64,000 nucleotides of DNA from a bacterium. GTDB lineage: Bacteria > Patescibacteriota > Saccharimonadia > Saccharimonadales > DATKHC01. Position numbers and translations under genes: made by a program. Each line of letters begins with the position of its first letter. Within the stretch, counting starts at the first letter, position 1. The DNA lies in assembly GCA_021781215.1 (NCBI GenBank), contig JAJXXC010000002.1, positions 83,371 through 147,370 of the forward strand. Direction: 5' to 3'. Below are positions 38,164-46,172 of the stretch, one piece after another. The notes under the pieces were generated by a model. That model was not told where the DNA came from. It did no database searches and saw only the letters and a list, made by a program, of their open reading frames with translations.

Positions 38164-39000
38164 TTAGATATTTCGTCTTTTAGCGATATATAGTGACAAA
38201 ACGGCAACAATACCCCCAATGGCAACTAGGTCTTGCCATAAATATCCATTTTGTATTTGTGGGCCCGCACCGGTGTTGGGTAATTTAGGCACGACAGTAA
38301 CCGAGCCGAAAACAGATTTAGCTAAACAAGATGATCCAGTTATAGTATTACTATCCAACGTGACGGCTCCTGTTTGGGCTAAAGCACGACCATTTAAACT
38401 TGCACCAGTCTGCAAACTAATTGATGTTAGTGCCAATATATTACCAGTCAGTGACGTGTTTGTCCCTAGAGTCGCAGAGCTAACTACTCTCCACCAGACA
38501 TTACATGAATCACCGCCCAACACATTAGCTGAGCCGGAAGTTATAAGTGTCGATGCCGACTTAAAAATCCACACCCCACTGCCAGAAAGCGTCAAAGTTC
38601 CCGAAAGCGCAAAGGCGTCCGCGCAGTAAACTCCTGCTACAAGATTCAATCCAACCAAATCTTTCGTACCAGCATAGGTTGTAGTACACCCCTGATCAAG
38701 CGCACCAAATGCGGCCGTATCTGAAGTTTGTGCCGAAAGAGAATCGGCGGCATTACGAATTGTTCCAGGCGGCCCAACAATTCCCGGGGGAAAACCTGTC
38801 GGCAATCCGCCGGTACTTATGCCTAAGTCTCCAGGCATAGTTGTATTACCAGTATTGGTTACGGTAGTATTTCCTAATACCGAATAGCTGCCGACCGTAC
38901 CTAGCGTAGGTGATGTTGCGGCAAATACTTGTCCTACAACCCCTAGGCCCAAATAAGTCGTTAGAACACTTAATATTAATAGCTTGTTAATGTTCTTCAT
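38164..39000 (-). CDS. LPXTG-anchored ice-binding-like (DUF3494) surface protein
   Basis: Signal peptide; LGTVGSYSVLGNTTVTNTGNTTMPGDLGISTGGLPTGFPPG matches the DUF3494 N-terminal pattern; a C-terminal LPNTG (38269-38283), TM segment and KRRNI tail. Confidence 0.8.
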   Translation of the reverse strand: MKNINKLLILSVLTTYLGLGVVGQVFAATSPTLGTVGSYSVLGNTTVTNTGNTTMPGDLGISTGGLPTGFPPGIVGPPGTIRNAADSLSAQTSDTAAFGALDQGCTTTYAGTKDLVGLNLVAGVYCADAFALSGTLTLSGSGVWIFKSASTLITSGSANVLGGDSCNVWWRVVSSATLGTNTSLTGNILALTSISLQTGASLNGRALAQTGAVTLDSNTITGSSCLAKSVFGSVTVVPKLPNTGAGPQIQNGYLWQDLVAIGGIVAVLSLYIAKRRNI

Positions 39001-39229
39001 AGTGGTCTTCTTTCTTGGCTATTTAGCCAATTGGATTAAATATTTTACCATCAGACTACTTATCAATTTTTAAAGTTACTAGGATTATCTTTGATGCTCA
39101 CTAATTACGCTGCATGAACTTTCATGTTGTCATTATTTCAACGTTTATTTATATTATACTCCTTCGTACAGCTTTTAACTAAATAATTGAAATTGACCCT
39201 TATTAGATATGCAGATTTTCGTTTGAAGA

Positions 39230-39931
39230 CTATATTGTTTTACAGTGTTCAATTAGCATTTTTAGCTTCTCTGGAACAAAAATTCCACTATATGGCTCAA
39301 CTTCTATGCTTGTTGAGACAAGAAGTTGATCAAATGCTCCAGTATAATCACGAATATTATCTATGCTTATACCGCTTGCTACTGCTAGCTTTTTATCACC
39401 AATAGCCTGCTTCATAGCTTTAATCTTTTCTGGTCTTGGTGGTTTTCCGGTGCCTTTGCCACTAGTTGTGACCACATCAACATAAGGCATAAGATTCCTG
39501 GTCTCGATTACGGCTTGTTCTGTATTATCAGTGTAGGTTTGAGTGTATTTAAATGCGACTCCTCCAAGATAAAGTATTCTCGCAAGCTCTTGATGTTTAT
39601 GGCGTAGACTAACTAATTTGTCTTTATTCGGAATAGCGTCATCTGTCCATATACCATCTGGGAGCCTCGCTATATCGCCAGATTTAAATCGTGTATTAAT
39701 AAGTGAAAATGCACTTTCTGCAGAAGTAAGTTGCAAAAGATTTAAACCAATAAATCTGTATAGCTTTTCATCAGCAACTCCGTTATATGCCGAAAATAGT
39801 AAGTTGGTGTCGGGATTATGGTGGTCAATCAAATAGACCCCATTAGCTCCCGCCTCGAATGCGGGGGCCGCTTGATCCATTGCTTGCGACACTTCATTTA
39901 CGTGAACCACCGGGAATATTTCTATTGCCAT
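39230..39931 (-). CDS. BtpA/SgcQ-like TIM-barrel protein (tentative)
   Basis: IFPVVHVNE...GANGVYLIDHH...VDVVTTSGKGTGKPPRPEKIKAMKQAIGDKKLAVASGIS resembles the BtpA family layout. The assignment is from memory only. Confidence 0.4.
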   Translation of the reverse strand: MAIEIFPVVHVNEVSQAMDQAAPAFEAGANGVYLIDHHNPDTNLLFSAYNGVADEKLYRFIGLNLLQLTSAESAFSLINTRFKSGDIARLPDGIWTDDAIPNKDKLVSLRHKHQELARILYLGGVAFKYTQTYTDNTEQAVIETRNLMPYVDVVTTSGKGTGKPPRPEKIKAMKQAIGDKKLAVASGISIDNIRDYTGAFDQLLVSTSIEVEPYSGIFVPEKLKMLIEHCKTI

Positions 39932-39978
39932 AGTCTAATACTGACAGTAACAAAATTTAAATCAAGCATAGGCTTTAC

Positions 39979-40005
39979 AGGCACAACGTCGGTTGAGGCT
40001 AGAAC
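39979..40005 (+). repeat. intergenic element copy A (most diverged)
   Basis: AGGCACAACgtc-GGTTGAGGCTAGAAC. A CAAGCATAG box sits at 39963-39971. Confidence 0.6.
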
Positions 40006-40063
40006 GATCTTAGCAAATTTAAATCGCATCAATATAAAATGAGCCGTAACCACTGTGGCTAAC

Positions 40064-40558
40064 TTACTTAGAAGATTCCTGAAGTCGACGACTAAACCAT
40101 GTCTCCATACCTACTACGTTTCCCGCATAGTAAGAGGTGTTGCCTGGCACAACTACAATTGACTCAGCAAATAGCCTCGAAGAAATGCGCATAATATCAG
40201 CAACTGATCCCCTAAAGTCCGAATTAATTCTTCCCGAATTCATAAGACTTTGAATTTTCTCTATGCCAGAAGTATCATTACTGAAACCACTATCCTCCGT
40301 TGAAGCAACTTTTGCCACCGCATCGCTATACTCTAATAAGCCTACCCACTCTTTTCTCAGCTTTTCGGGTAGTTGGATAGGGCGAACGTCTCTAAGATAT
40401 ACTGCAGGATTTCTTAATACTATTTCAGCACCATTATCTGGTTCAATATTTGCAGCATAAAAATCAGCCCATTCTAAACCAACCTGTCTCTGAAGCTCGC
40501 CGAGTTGAGCAGGATTATTTGCTAGTTCTGGGGCTGATAAATGTTTTTTACTTTCCAT
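40064..40558 (-). CDS. hypothetical cytoplasmic protein (orphan)
   Basis: The track start at 40597 is a TTG. The ATG at 40558 (MESKKHLSAPE) is preceded by TATTAT-N7, so I prefer it. Confidence 0.6.
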   Translation of the reverse strand: MESKKHLSAPELANNPAQLGELQRQVGLEWADFYAANIEPDNGAEIVLRNPAVYLRDVRPIQLPEKLRKEWVGLLEYSDAVAKVASTEDSGFSNDTSGIEKIQSLMNSGRINSDFRGSVADIMRISSRLFAESIVVVPGNTSYYAGNVVGMETWFSRRLQESSK

Positions 40559-40602
40559 GATATTAATAATACTAGCATAAGCTTGATGTATTGTCAATGT
40601 CG

Positions 40603-40631
40603 TGATGCATAATACTGGCTGAGGTCAGAAC
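40603..40631 (+). repeat. intergenic element copy B
   Basis: TGATGCATAataCTGGCTGAGGTCAGAAC. Confidence 0.65.
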
Positions 40632-40661
40632 TTTCTATTTAATTAGATACAATTGTCCGAG

Positions 40662-41201
40662 CTAAAGCATGAACACATCTTCAGATATTTTGGGTGCTTT
40701 CGAGCCATTATAACTAAATGAAGCCTGATATTTGGTTAATTTAATCAGGTCTCTAATTGTATGCAAATAACCCTTACCTAACCTGTGTTTTTTATCAAAC
40801 ATATGCTCTTCAATGGGTTCTGAGCGTTCAGTTTGATGTTCAACCATTATTTTTAGTTCATCAGACAAATGTATTCTTAGGCCCATATTAAAAAGGGGCA
40901 TGTCTCTTTGATTTATTTTGAAAGGTTCAAATAATATATCGTCTTTTACCCTGGAGTCATGTAAGTCAACATCGTCCATTAGTTCATTGTCAAAAGCGTT
41001 AGTAATATCTCTAAGAATTAACTTAGCAACTTTCCTTGTACGTCTGGGTGAAAATTCTACTCCATTTTCATAAACTCTCGCTTTTGCTCCAGATTCTAAA
41101 GCTTCGTTCAGCGCTATAAATCCAAGCTTTGCTGCTCGTAATTCTTGGTCTGTTTCCAGTATTAAAACCGAATTTATACCATCATTGTTTTCAAGTCTCA
41201 C
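40662..41201 (-). CDS. hypothetical cytoplasmic protein (orphan), GTG start
   Basis: A 179-aa ORF with the SD AGGAGA 9 nt upstream of the GTG. I recognise no domain. Confidence 0.6.
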   Translation of the reverse strand: MRLENNDGINSVLILETDQELRAAKLGFIALNEALESGAKARVYENGVEFSPRRTRKVAKLILRDITNAFDNELMDDVDLHDSRVKDDILFEPFKINQRDMPLFNMGLRIHLSDELKIMVEHQTERSEPIEEHMFDKKHRLGKGYLHTIRDLIKLTKYQASFSYNGSKAPKISEDVFML

Positions 41202-41266
41202 TTTGGTTATATTCTCCTACGATAGATAATGATATATCTATTGTTTATATACAAGCATAGTCGTTT

Positions 41267-41295
41267 TGGTACACCGCGCTGGTTGAGGTTAGAAC
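41267..41295 (+). repeat. intergenic element copy C
   Basis: TGGTACACCgcgCTGGTTGAGGTTAGAAC. A CAAGCATAG box sits at 41252-41260. Confidence 0.7.
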
Positions 41296-41328
41296 CAAAT
41301 TGAAACAAATTAATTTTGTAACAGCAGG

Positions 41329-41357
41329 TTGACAAGACATCAATCTTATGCTAATAT
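41329..41357 (+). promoter_or_regulatory. sigma70-type promoter TTGACA-N17-TAATAT, -10 ends 6 nt before ATG 41364 (leaderless)
   Basis: The sequence reads ggTTGACAagacatcaatcttatgcTAATATgtagacATG. Confidence 0.7.
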
Positions 41358-41363
41358 GTAGAC

Positions 41364-42410
41364 ATGGAACAATTCAATGCCTCTAACGAATGGGGCACTA
41401 AAAAACAAATATCAGCCCTAGAAAATCCAATCAGTGAGTTTAATGCTCGTGGTGGGATGGATCTGGATAAATACCGAGCGCTTGAAGAACATCTAGCAAC
41501 AGAACACCCAGATTTAGGCAAAGAACAATGGGCAAAAATTCAGAAACTATTACCAAAATTTGAATTAATGGAAGATTCTGAGACCGGTCAAAAAATACGT
41601 ATTCAAAGATTTAATTGGCCGGAAAACGGTGATGTTTCTGAGCAAATTGTTACTTTCTCCAATATGCCATTTAGCGTATCTTTGGATCCAAAACATATTC
41701 AATACCAACACTATTTGGTTGCTAAAGAATTAAATACACCCTTTTTAGTATTCGAAAACCCTGCATATGGTGATTCAGATAAACTTACCAAGGAACAAAA
41801 AGAAGCTCTAAAAAGTAGTGGAGACTTCAGTCCTGTTGCAAATACTATGCTTGGTATAGCAAGTGCGCTGGGTACTCATAAAGCTAATTTCATTGGTTAC
41901 TCAATGGGTGCTGAAACTTCAGCCGCAATGGCCGCCAATGCTTCCAGTCACAATATTGAAGTAGAAAATTTGTTTGTCATGGAAGGTCCTGGTGTTCAAC
42001 CCCGCGAATCCCGAAAAGAAAAAAAGGATTTAGGCAAGAATTTTATAGGAGACACCAATAATCTTAGGTTTACATGGGCAAACCCAGTCGATCCCGTTAT
42101 GCGTGAAATTGCTAAACTTGGAATGCCAATTCCACACGGACTTTTGAGTTATGGAATGGCAATGACAAAAGGAACCCAAGAAAATAGTCTTAGGAAAGCT
42201 CTTGAGACACAGCCTGGTATGCATTTAACTGTTGCCTCAGCTAGAGCTAGTAAGATTAGCCCCGCAAACACCAATAACGATTTATTCAATAGATTACGTT
42301 CAGATTATCCAGAACGTTCTATTAGAAGAATCATTATCCCGGGTGAAAGTCATGCGTATGGCGACTCGGGCGAGAGATATGCAAATCTCAGTAGGTTAGT
42401 TTTGCAATAA
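41364..42410 (+). CDS. alpha/beta-hydrolase-fold protein (orphan)
   Basis: Nucleophile elbow GYSMGA, a C-terminal PGESHAYGD (candidate His), and no signal peptide. Confidence 0.65.
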   Translation: MEQFNASNEWGTKKQISALENPISEFNARGGMDLDKYRALEEHLATEHPDLGKEQWAKIQKLLPKFELMEDSETGQKIRIQRFNWPENGDVSEQIVTFSNMPFSVSLDPKHIQYQHYLVAKELNTPFLVFENPAYGDSDKLTKEQKEALKSSGDFSPVANTMLGIASALGTHKANFIGYSMGAETSAAMAANASSHNIEVENLFVMEGPGVQPRESRKEKKDLGKNFIGDTNNLRFTWANPVDPVMREIAKLGMPIPHGLLSYGMAMTKGTQENSLRKALETQPGMHLTVASARASKISPANTNNDLFNRLRSDYPERSIRRIIIPGESHAYGDSGERYANLSRLVLQ

Positions 42411-42466
42411 ATTTATATTTTATGTGTAGCTGCATAAAGTTAATTTAAGTTATGCTTAGATGTTCA

Positions 42467-42495
42467 TTGACATATTGTAGTATCTAGTATATTAT
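42467..42495 (+). promoter_or_regulatory. sigma70-type promoter TTGACA-N17-TATTAT, -10 ends 6 nt before ATG 42502 (leaderless)
   Basis: The sequence reads caTTGACAtattgtagtatctagtaTATTATatgtacATG. The geometry is the same as at 41329-41364. Confidence 0.65.
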
Positions 42496-42501
42496 ATGTA
42501 C

Positions 42502-43308
42502 ATGAAAAATGAGTTATTGGACCGGTCAGATACAAGGTTAGATTTTGATGCTGCACTGTGCATGAGTCAAATAATAAAACAAAAAGTTGACAGTAGGGCA
42601 GAATCTCAACAAATTTTGCAAGAAGCTAAGCAAGGAAATTTCTTTAAAACTTATCAAAAAAGAAGTCTTGCAAAGGGCTGGATAAGGTCCGCTGACGCAG
42701 ATATTGCATCAATGCAAAAAAAAGCAGAAGAAGAATACGAGGCTTATTCTAAAATAGATAGATCCAGTGAAGCCAAGAGCTTTATCGAATCCGTCACATC
42801 TAGGGCGCGAATGCTTGGTAATCAAGATATTGCGAGTGAACTTGAATATTTTCTTGCAATGAGTCCCCGGGAAAAAATACTACACGCGGAACCCTCTCTA
42901 CTTGCATCAGTTATAGAAACGATTTCTTTAAGTATTGCTAATACAAAGAAAAAACAGAAAGATGTTACGATAAAACTTTTCGAAGGTAAAGAAATTTACG
43001 GCTGGAATCCTTTGTCAGACATTATTGACGGTGAAAGTTATCATGAATCACGAGGTGTGGTAAAACCAGATACAGCAATAATTAGGGACGTTTATAGTCT
43101 TATAGGTTTTGATAACCGCCTTAGTGATATCCCAACTGATATGCCTGGTTTTCGTAGAGTGTTTCCAAGACTCAAACGAATATCGCCCCTATTATCTGTT
43201 GGTGGAGTTACACTAACATTTGATTTGTGGGGTCCAACAGAACATGGTGGTGAAGAATTACGGTACTACCCAGGTAATATAAACCTCACAATTAGTAGGT
43301 CACAATAA
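42502..43308 (+). CDS. hypothetical cytoplasmic protein (orphan)
   Basis: The track start at 42496 abuts the -10 hexamer. The ATG two codons later fits the promoter geometry. I recognise no domain. Confidence 0.6.
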   Translation: MKNELLDRSDTRLDFDAALCMSQIIKQKVDSRAESQQILQEAKQGNFFKTYQKRSLAKGWIRSADADIASMQKKAEEEYEAYSKIDRSSEAKSFIESVTSRARMLGNQDIASELEYFLAMSPREKILHAEPSLLASVIETISLSIANTKKKQKDVTIKLFEGKEIYGWNPLSDIIDGESYHESRGVVKPDTAIIRDVYSLIGFDNRLSDIPTDMPGFRRVFPRLKRISPLLSVGGVTLTFDLWGPTEHGGEELRYYPGNINLTISRSQ

Positions 43309-43375
43309 GTTTGTTTTATTATGTTACCGATTCGAAAGTAATGTGCGCAGGGTGGCGTAAAGATACCTAGATCTA

Positions 43376-43404
43376 TGGTGCACCACACTGGCTGAGGTTA
43401 TAAC
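43376..43404 (+). repeat. intergenic element copy D
   Basis: TGGTGCACCacaCTGGCTGAGGTTATAAC. ATGGTGCACC is identical to 44784-44793, the plus-strand image of the tRNA-Arg 3' end. Confidence 0.7.
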
Positions 43405-43466
43405 TATTTTGATGAGAGTGATTCGAATATTCTATAGCATCCGTAGTAAGAAAATAAGCTGATCAT

Positions 43467-44768
43467 GTGTTATATACTGTGATAAGTATCATTAATCCTC
43501 AAGCCTTAAATATTAAGATTATCAAAACCAAAAAAGTACAAACAAAACGTAAAAACTCCTTAAATAAATTATCGTTATTAATATTAGACTTCGTTTTTGT
43601 TCTTATTTTAAGTAATCCTGCATATGCAATGGCTAATGTTCAAAACACTTACACAAACATATATATGCCGGCTAGTAATCTTACGGATGTTTCGCATGAA
43701 GTAACTATTAACAATGTCCCCAACCTTGGTTCCGCTGACTTTTTTTGGTCAGATAACTTGTATTTTAATGGTGCGCCTAGCAATGGTACCGCCTATTTTG
43801 GCATTCAGGGTATCAACAGAGCTTTATTTTCTGTTTTTGACTACCCTAGTACTGAGGCATCCTCAAACTGTACGGTTCAGCAATCTGGTTTCGACGGCGG
43901 TGTCTACGCTTACGGTGGAACATCGTGCATAATTAACTACACAATAACGCAAGGACATACCTATTTACTCACCGTAACGGATGTGGGTCGAGATTCACAA
44001 GGGATAAACTGGCAGGCTAGTGTAGAGGATTTAACTACTGGTATAACTACTAACATTGCGACCGTCAATATTGCCACAAGCTGGGGAACGCTAACCAGTA
44101 CCCAAGATGCATGGACTGAATGGTTTGGACCGGTTCCAGCTAGTTGCTCAGCATTGCCTTATTCAAACGTCACATTTTCAAATTTTACTGCCAATAACGA
44201 TCAATATAGTACTCCAAGCTCTCACATCGACACACTTCAAACAGGAACAGGTTGTAGTGGTTATTCGCAAATAGTTGACACTAGTAATAATTCTTTTAAC
44301 CAAATAATGGGTATCAACCCACCGATAACCAATACAATCGTGCCATACAGTCCTCCTGTTACGCCTCCACCAATCACGACAACTACTATACCAACTAGTA
44401 CTGGTACACTGGATCCGACCAAATCAATCTCTAAATCTTCGACAACAACCAGCAATATAAAGACATCTAGTATGGTAAAGAAACCGAATAGGAATTTAAA
44501 TAAATCCTATATCGTTGGTGGCATTATCTTAATTATTATAATTTTAGGTAGTGTTTTGATTGCTAGGTTTATTCTACGGAAGAAAAAATTAGCACTACTG
44601 TCGAATTATTATGATTTACGTTCTTCTCCAAAAAAATTTGTTCCAGACAATTCAGTAGAATCAAAACCAACCATAGAAAATAACTCCACGAGTAGTACTA
44701 CACCCGTATCCTTGCAACCAATTATCGCAAATCCGATAAATGAAACATTAGAACCGCCAAAAGATTAA
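43467..44768 (+). CDS. type I membrane-anchored surface protein with lectin-like beta module and P/T-rich stalk
   Basis: Signal peptide (LSLLILDFVFVLILSNPAYA), an ectodomain homologous to the 35255..36991 C-terminus, a PPVTPPPITTTT stalk and a C-terminal TM segment followed by RKKK. The GTG start is uncertain (43467 or 43479). Confidence 0.7.
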   Translation: MLYTVISIINPQALNIKIIKTKKVQTKRKNSLNKLSLLILDFVFVLILSNPAYAMANVQNTYTNIYMPASNLTDVSHEVTINNVPNLGSADFFWSDNLYFNGAPSNGTAYFGIQGINRALFSVFDYPSTEASSNCTVQQSGFDGGVYAYGGTSCIINYTITQGHTYLLTVTDVGRDSQGINWQASVEDLTTGITTNIATVNIATSWGTLTSTQDAWTEWFGPVPASCSALPYSNVTFSNFTANNDQYSTPSSHIDTLQTGTGCSGYSQIVDTSNNSFNQIMGINPPITNTIVPYSPPVTPPPITTTTIPTSTGTLDPTKSISKSSTTTSNIKTSSMVKKPNRNLNKSYIVGGIILIIIILGSVLIARFILRKKKLALLSNYYDLRSSPKKFVPDNSVESKPTIENNSTSSTTPVSLQPIIANPINETLEPPKD

Positions 44769-44784
44769 ACAAGCACAAGCGTCA

Positions 44785-44861
44785 TGGTGCACCCGGCAGG
44801 ATTCGAACCTGCGACCTTCGGCTCCGCAAGCCAACGTTCTATCCAGCTAAACTACGGGTGC
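44785..44861 (-). tRNA. tRNA-Arg (anticodon GCG by my reading), CCA encoded
   Basis: Hand fold: acceptor GCACCCG/CGGGTGC, anticodon stem TTGGC/GCCGA with loop TT-GCG-GA, and T-arm GCAGG-TTCGAAT-CCTGC. The length is 77 nt. Confidence 0.88.
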
Positions 44862-44912
44862 AATGTTTAGACTAGAGAAATTTTAACAGGTTGCGGATAG
44901 TTTTGCGAATAC

Positions 44913-45440
44913 TTATAGCCCAATTTTTTTCATAAATATGTCTATTGGATCATGGGAAACTGGTTCCATGGGTAGAAATTCGCTCAATAAGGAGATTATC
45001 CGATTCCTGTCTTGGGGTTCAAAATAAATTGTTTTATTTGGAATCAGACGCTTAACTGATGTTAGCGCGATATGGTCTAGCCCATCTTCCGACACTATGG
45101 TATATGATTTAAATTCAGAGAAGGGGTAGTCTACGCTGTTAATAACAATGCCCTTAGTGTCTAATGTATAGTGTACTTCTCGTGGCTTTCGGGTAGCCAT
45201 ATAACAAAGCGCAAGACCCAGTATAAAAACAGCGGTTGTTGAAAAAATACTTTTAGTAAATAAGTATACTAGAAAACTTATGACCACTATTGACACAAAA
45301 AAAAGTAGATACCAGTTAATATTTTTAGAATTGTCGATAAATTCTGAGGCTGTCCAGGCTATGGAATCATTATTTTTTTTAGGAAATTGCCCAGCTAAAG
45401 CAGGGTCATTTTCTGGTGTAAAATGATTTTGTTCATCCAT
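44913..45440 (-). CDS. two-TM membrane protein with a C-terminal bPH-like domain (tentative)
   Basis: Two TM helices are followed by a ~90-aa soluble domain. The ATG at 45440 is preceded by TACAAT-N6. The track start is 45446. Confidence 0.55.
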   Translation of the reverse strand: MDEQNHFTPENDPALAGQFPKKNNDSIAWTASEFIDNSKNINWYLLFFVSIVVISFLVYLFTKSIFSTTAVFILGLALCYMATRKPREVHYTLDTKGIVINSVDYPFSEFKSYTIVSEDGLDHIALTSVKRLIPNKTIYFEPQDRNRIISLLSEFLPMEPVSHDPIDIFMKKIGL

Positions 45441-45544
45441 AAGCATATTGTACTTTAAGTTACACTAATGAACATAATTTTTTAAAATATACGATTATGA
45501 TATCGCGGAATAGAATATATTTTGATATAATTACAACCTGTTAT

Positions 45545-45637
45545 GGAGAGGTACCCAAGTGGTTGAAGGGGGCAGTTTGCTAAATTGCTAGGGGGAGGAA
45601 ACTCCCCGCGAGGGTTCGAATCCCTCCCTCTCCGCCA
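45545..45637 (+). tRNA. tRNA-Ser (anticodon GCT), CCA encoded
   Basis: Acceptor GGAGAGG/CCTCTCC, anticodon stem GCAGT/ATTGC with loop TT-GCT-AA, a long variable arm, and T-arm GAGGG-TTCGAAT-CCCTC. The length is 93 nt. Confidence 0.9.
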
Positions 45638-45714
45638 TAACTTATTAGCTATGCCCCATCCCGTAGGTCATCTCGGCGGTAGTATCTGTCGCCATACATG
45701 ATATCGTAGAGATA

Positions 45715-46101
45715 ATGATTTCTACCCAAAGAAAAGGCGACATTGCAAAAGCAAAAGCTATTAGCACCTTTACATCTTATGGTTTTGACGTATCCTTACC
45801 AATTACAGAGTCCGCAGCATATGACATTATCGTTGACGTGAATAACGTTCTGTACAGGGTTCAGGTAAAGTATTCGTCAAAAAAAGAAGTCGATCTTAGA
45901 AGAATTCATTCTAATTCAAAAGGTTATGTGATTAAAAAATATGAAGAAGCGTCTTACGACTGGCTATATGTATTCAGATTGGATGGAAAAGAATTTCTAA
46001 TAACAGATGTGCGTCATAATCAAAGCACAATAACCCCGCAGAATAAACATTCTATTGATTCTTATTTTAAGGAGAGGTGCCCGAGTGGTTTAAGGGAATA
46101 G
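45715..46101 (+). CDS. PD-(D/E)XK-type endonuclease-like protein (group I intron-associated endonuclease family, tentative)
   Basis: RKGDIAKAKAISTFTSYGFDVSLPITESAAYDIIVDVNNVLYRVQVKYS shows the D...QVK layout of that family. The last 31 nt overlap tRNA-Ser(TGA). Confidence 0.55.
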   Translation: MISTQRKGDIAKAKAISTFTSYGFDVSLPITESAAYDIIVDVNNVLYRVQVKYSSKKEVDLRRIHSNSKGYVIKKYEEASYDWLYVFRLDGKEFLITDVRHNQSTITPQNKHSIDSYFKERCPSGLRE

Positions 46102-46160
46102 TCTTGAAAACTATCATATCTGAAACGGTATCGTGGGTTCGAATCCCACCCTCTCCGCCA
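46071..46160 (+). tRNA. tRNA-Ser (anticodon TGA), CCA encoded
   Basis: Acceptor GGAGAGG/CCTCTCC, anticodon stem ATAGT/ACTAT with loop CT-TGA-AA, a long variable arm, and T-arm GTGGG-TTCGAAT-CCCAC. The length is 90 nt. Confidence 0.9.
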
Positions 46161-46172
46161 AAATTTAAAAAA

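Noticed and set aside
39979-43404. The 29-nt elements as tRNA 3'-half pseudogenes.
   Set aside because: I tried to fold the reverse complement (GTTCTAACC TCAACCAGCGCGGTGTACCA) as a T-loop plus acceptor. About 22 nt follow the T-loop-like part, against the 16 nt required, and no T-stem pairing forms. Only the terminal GGTGCACCA matches tRNA-Arg. I kept them as a repeat family with open interpretation.
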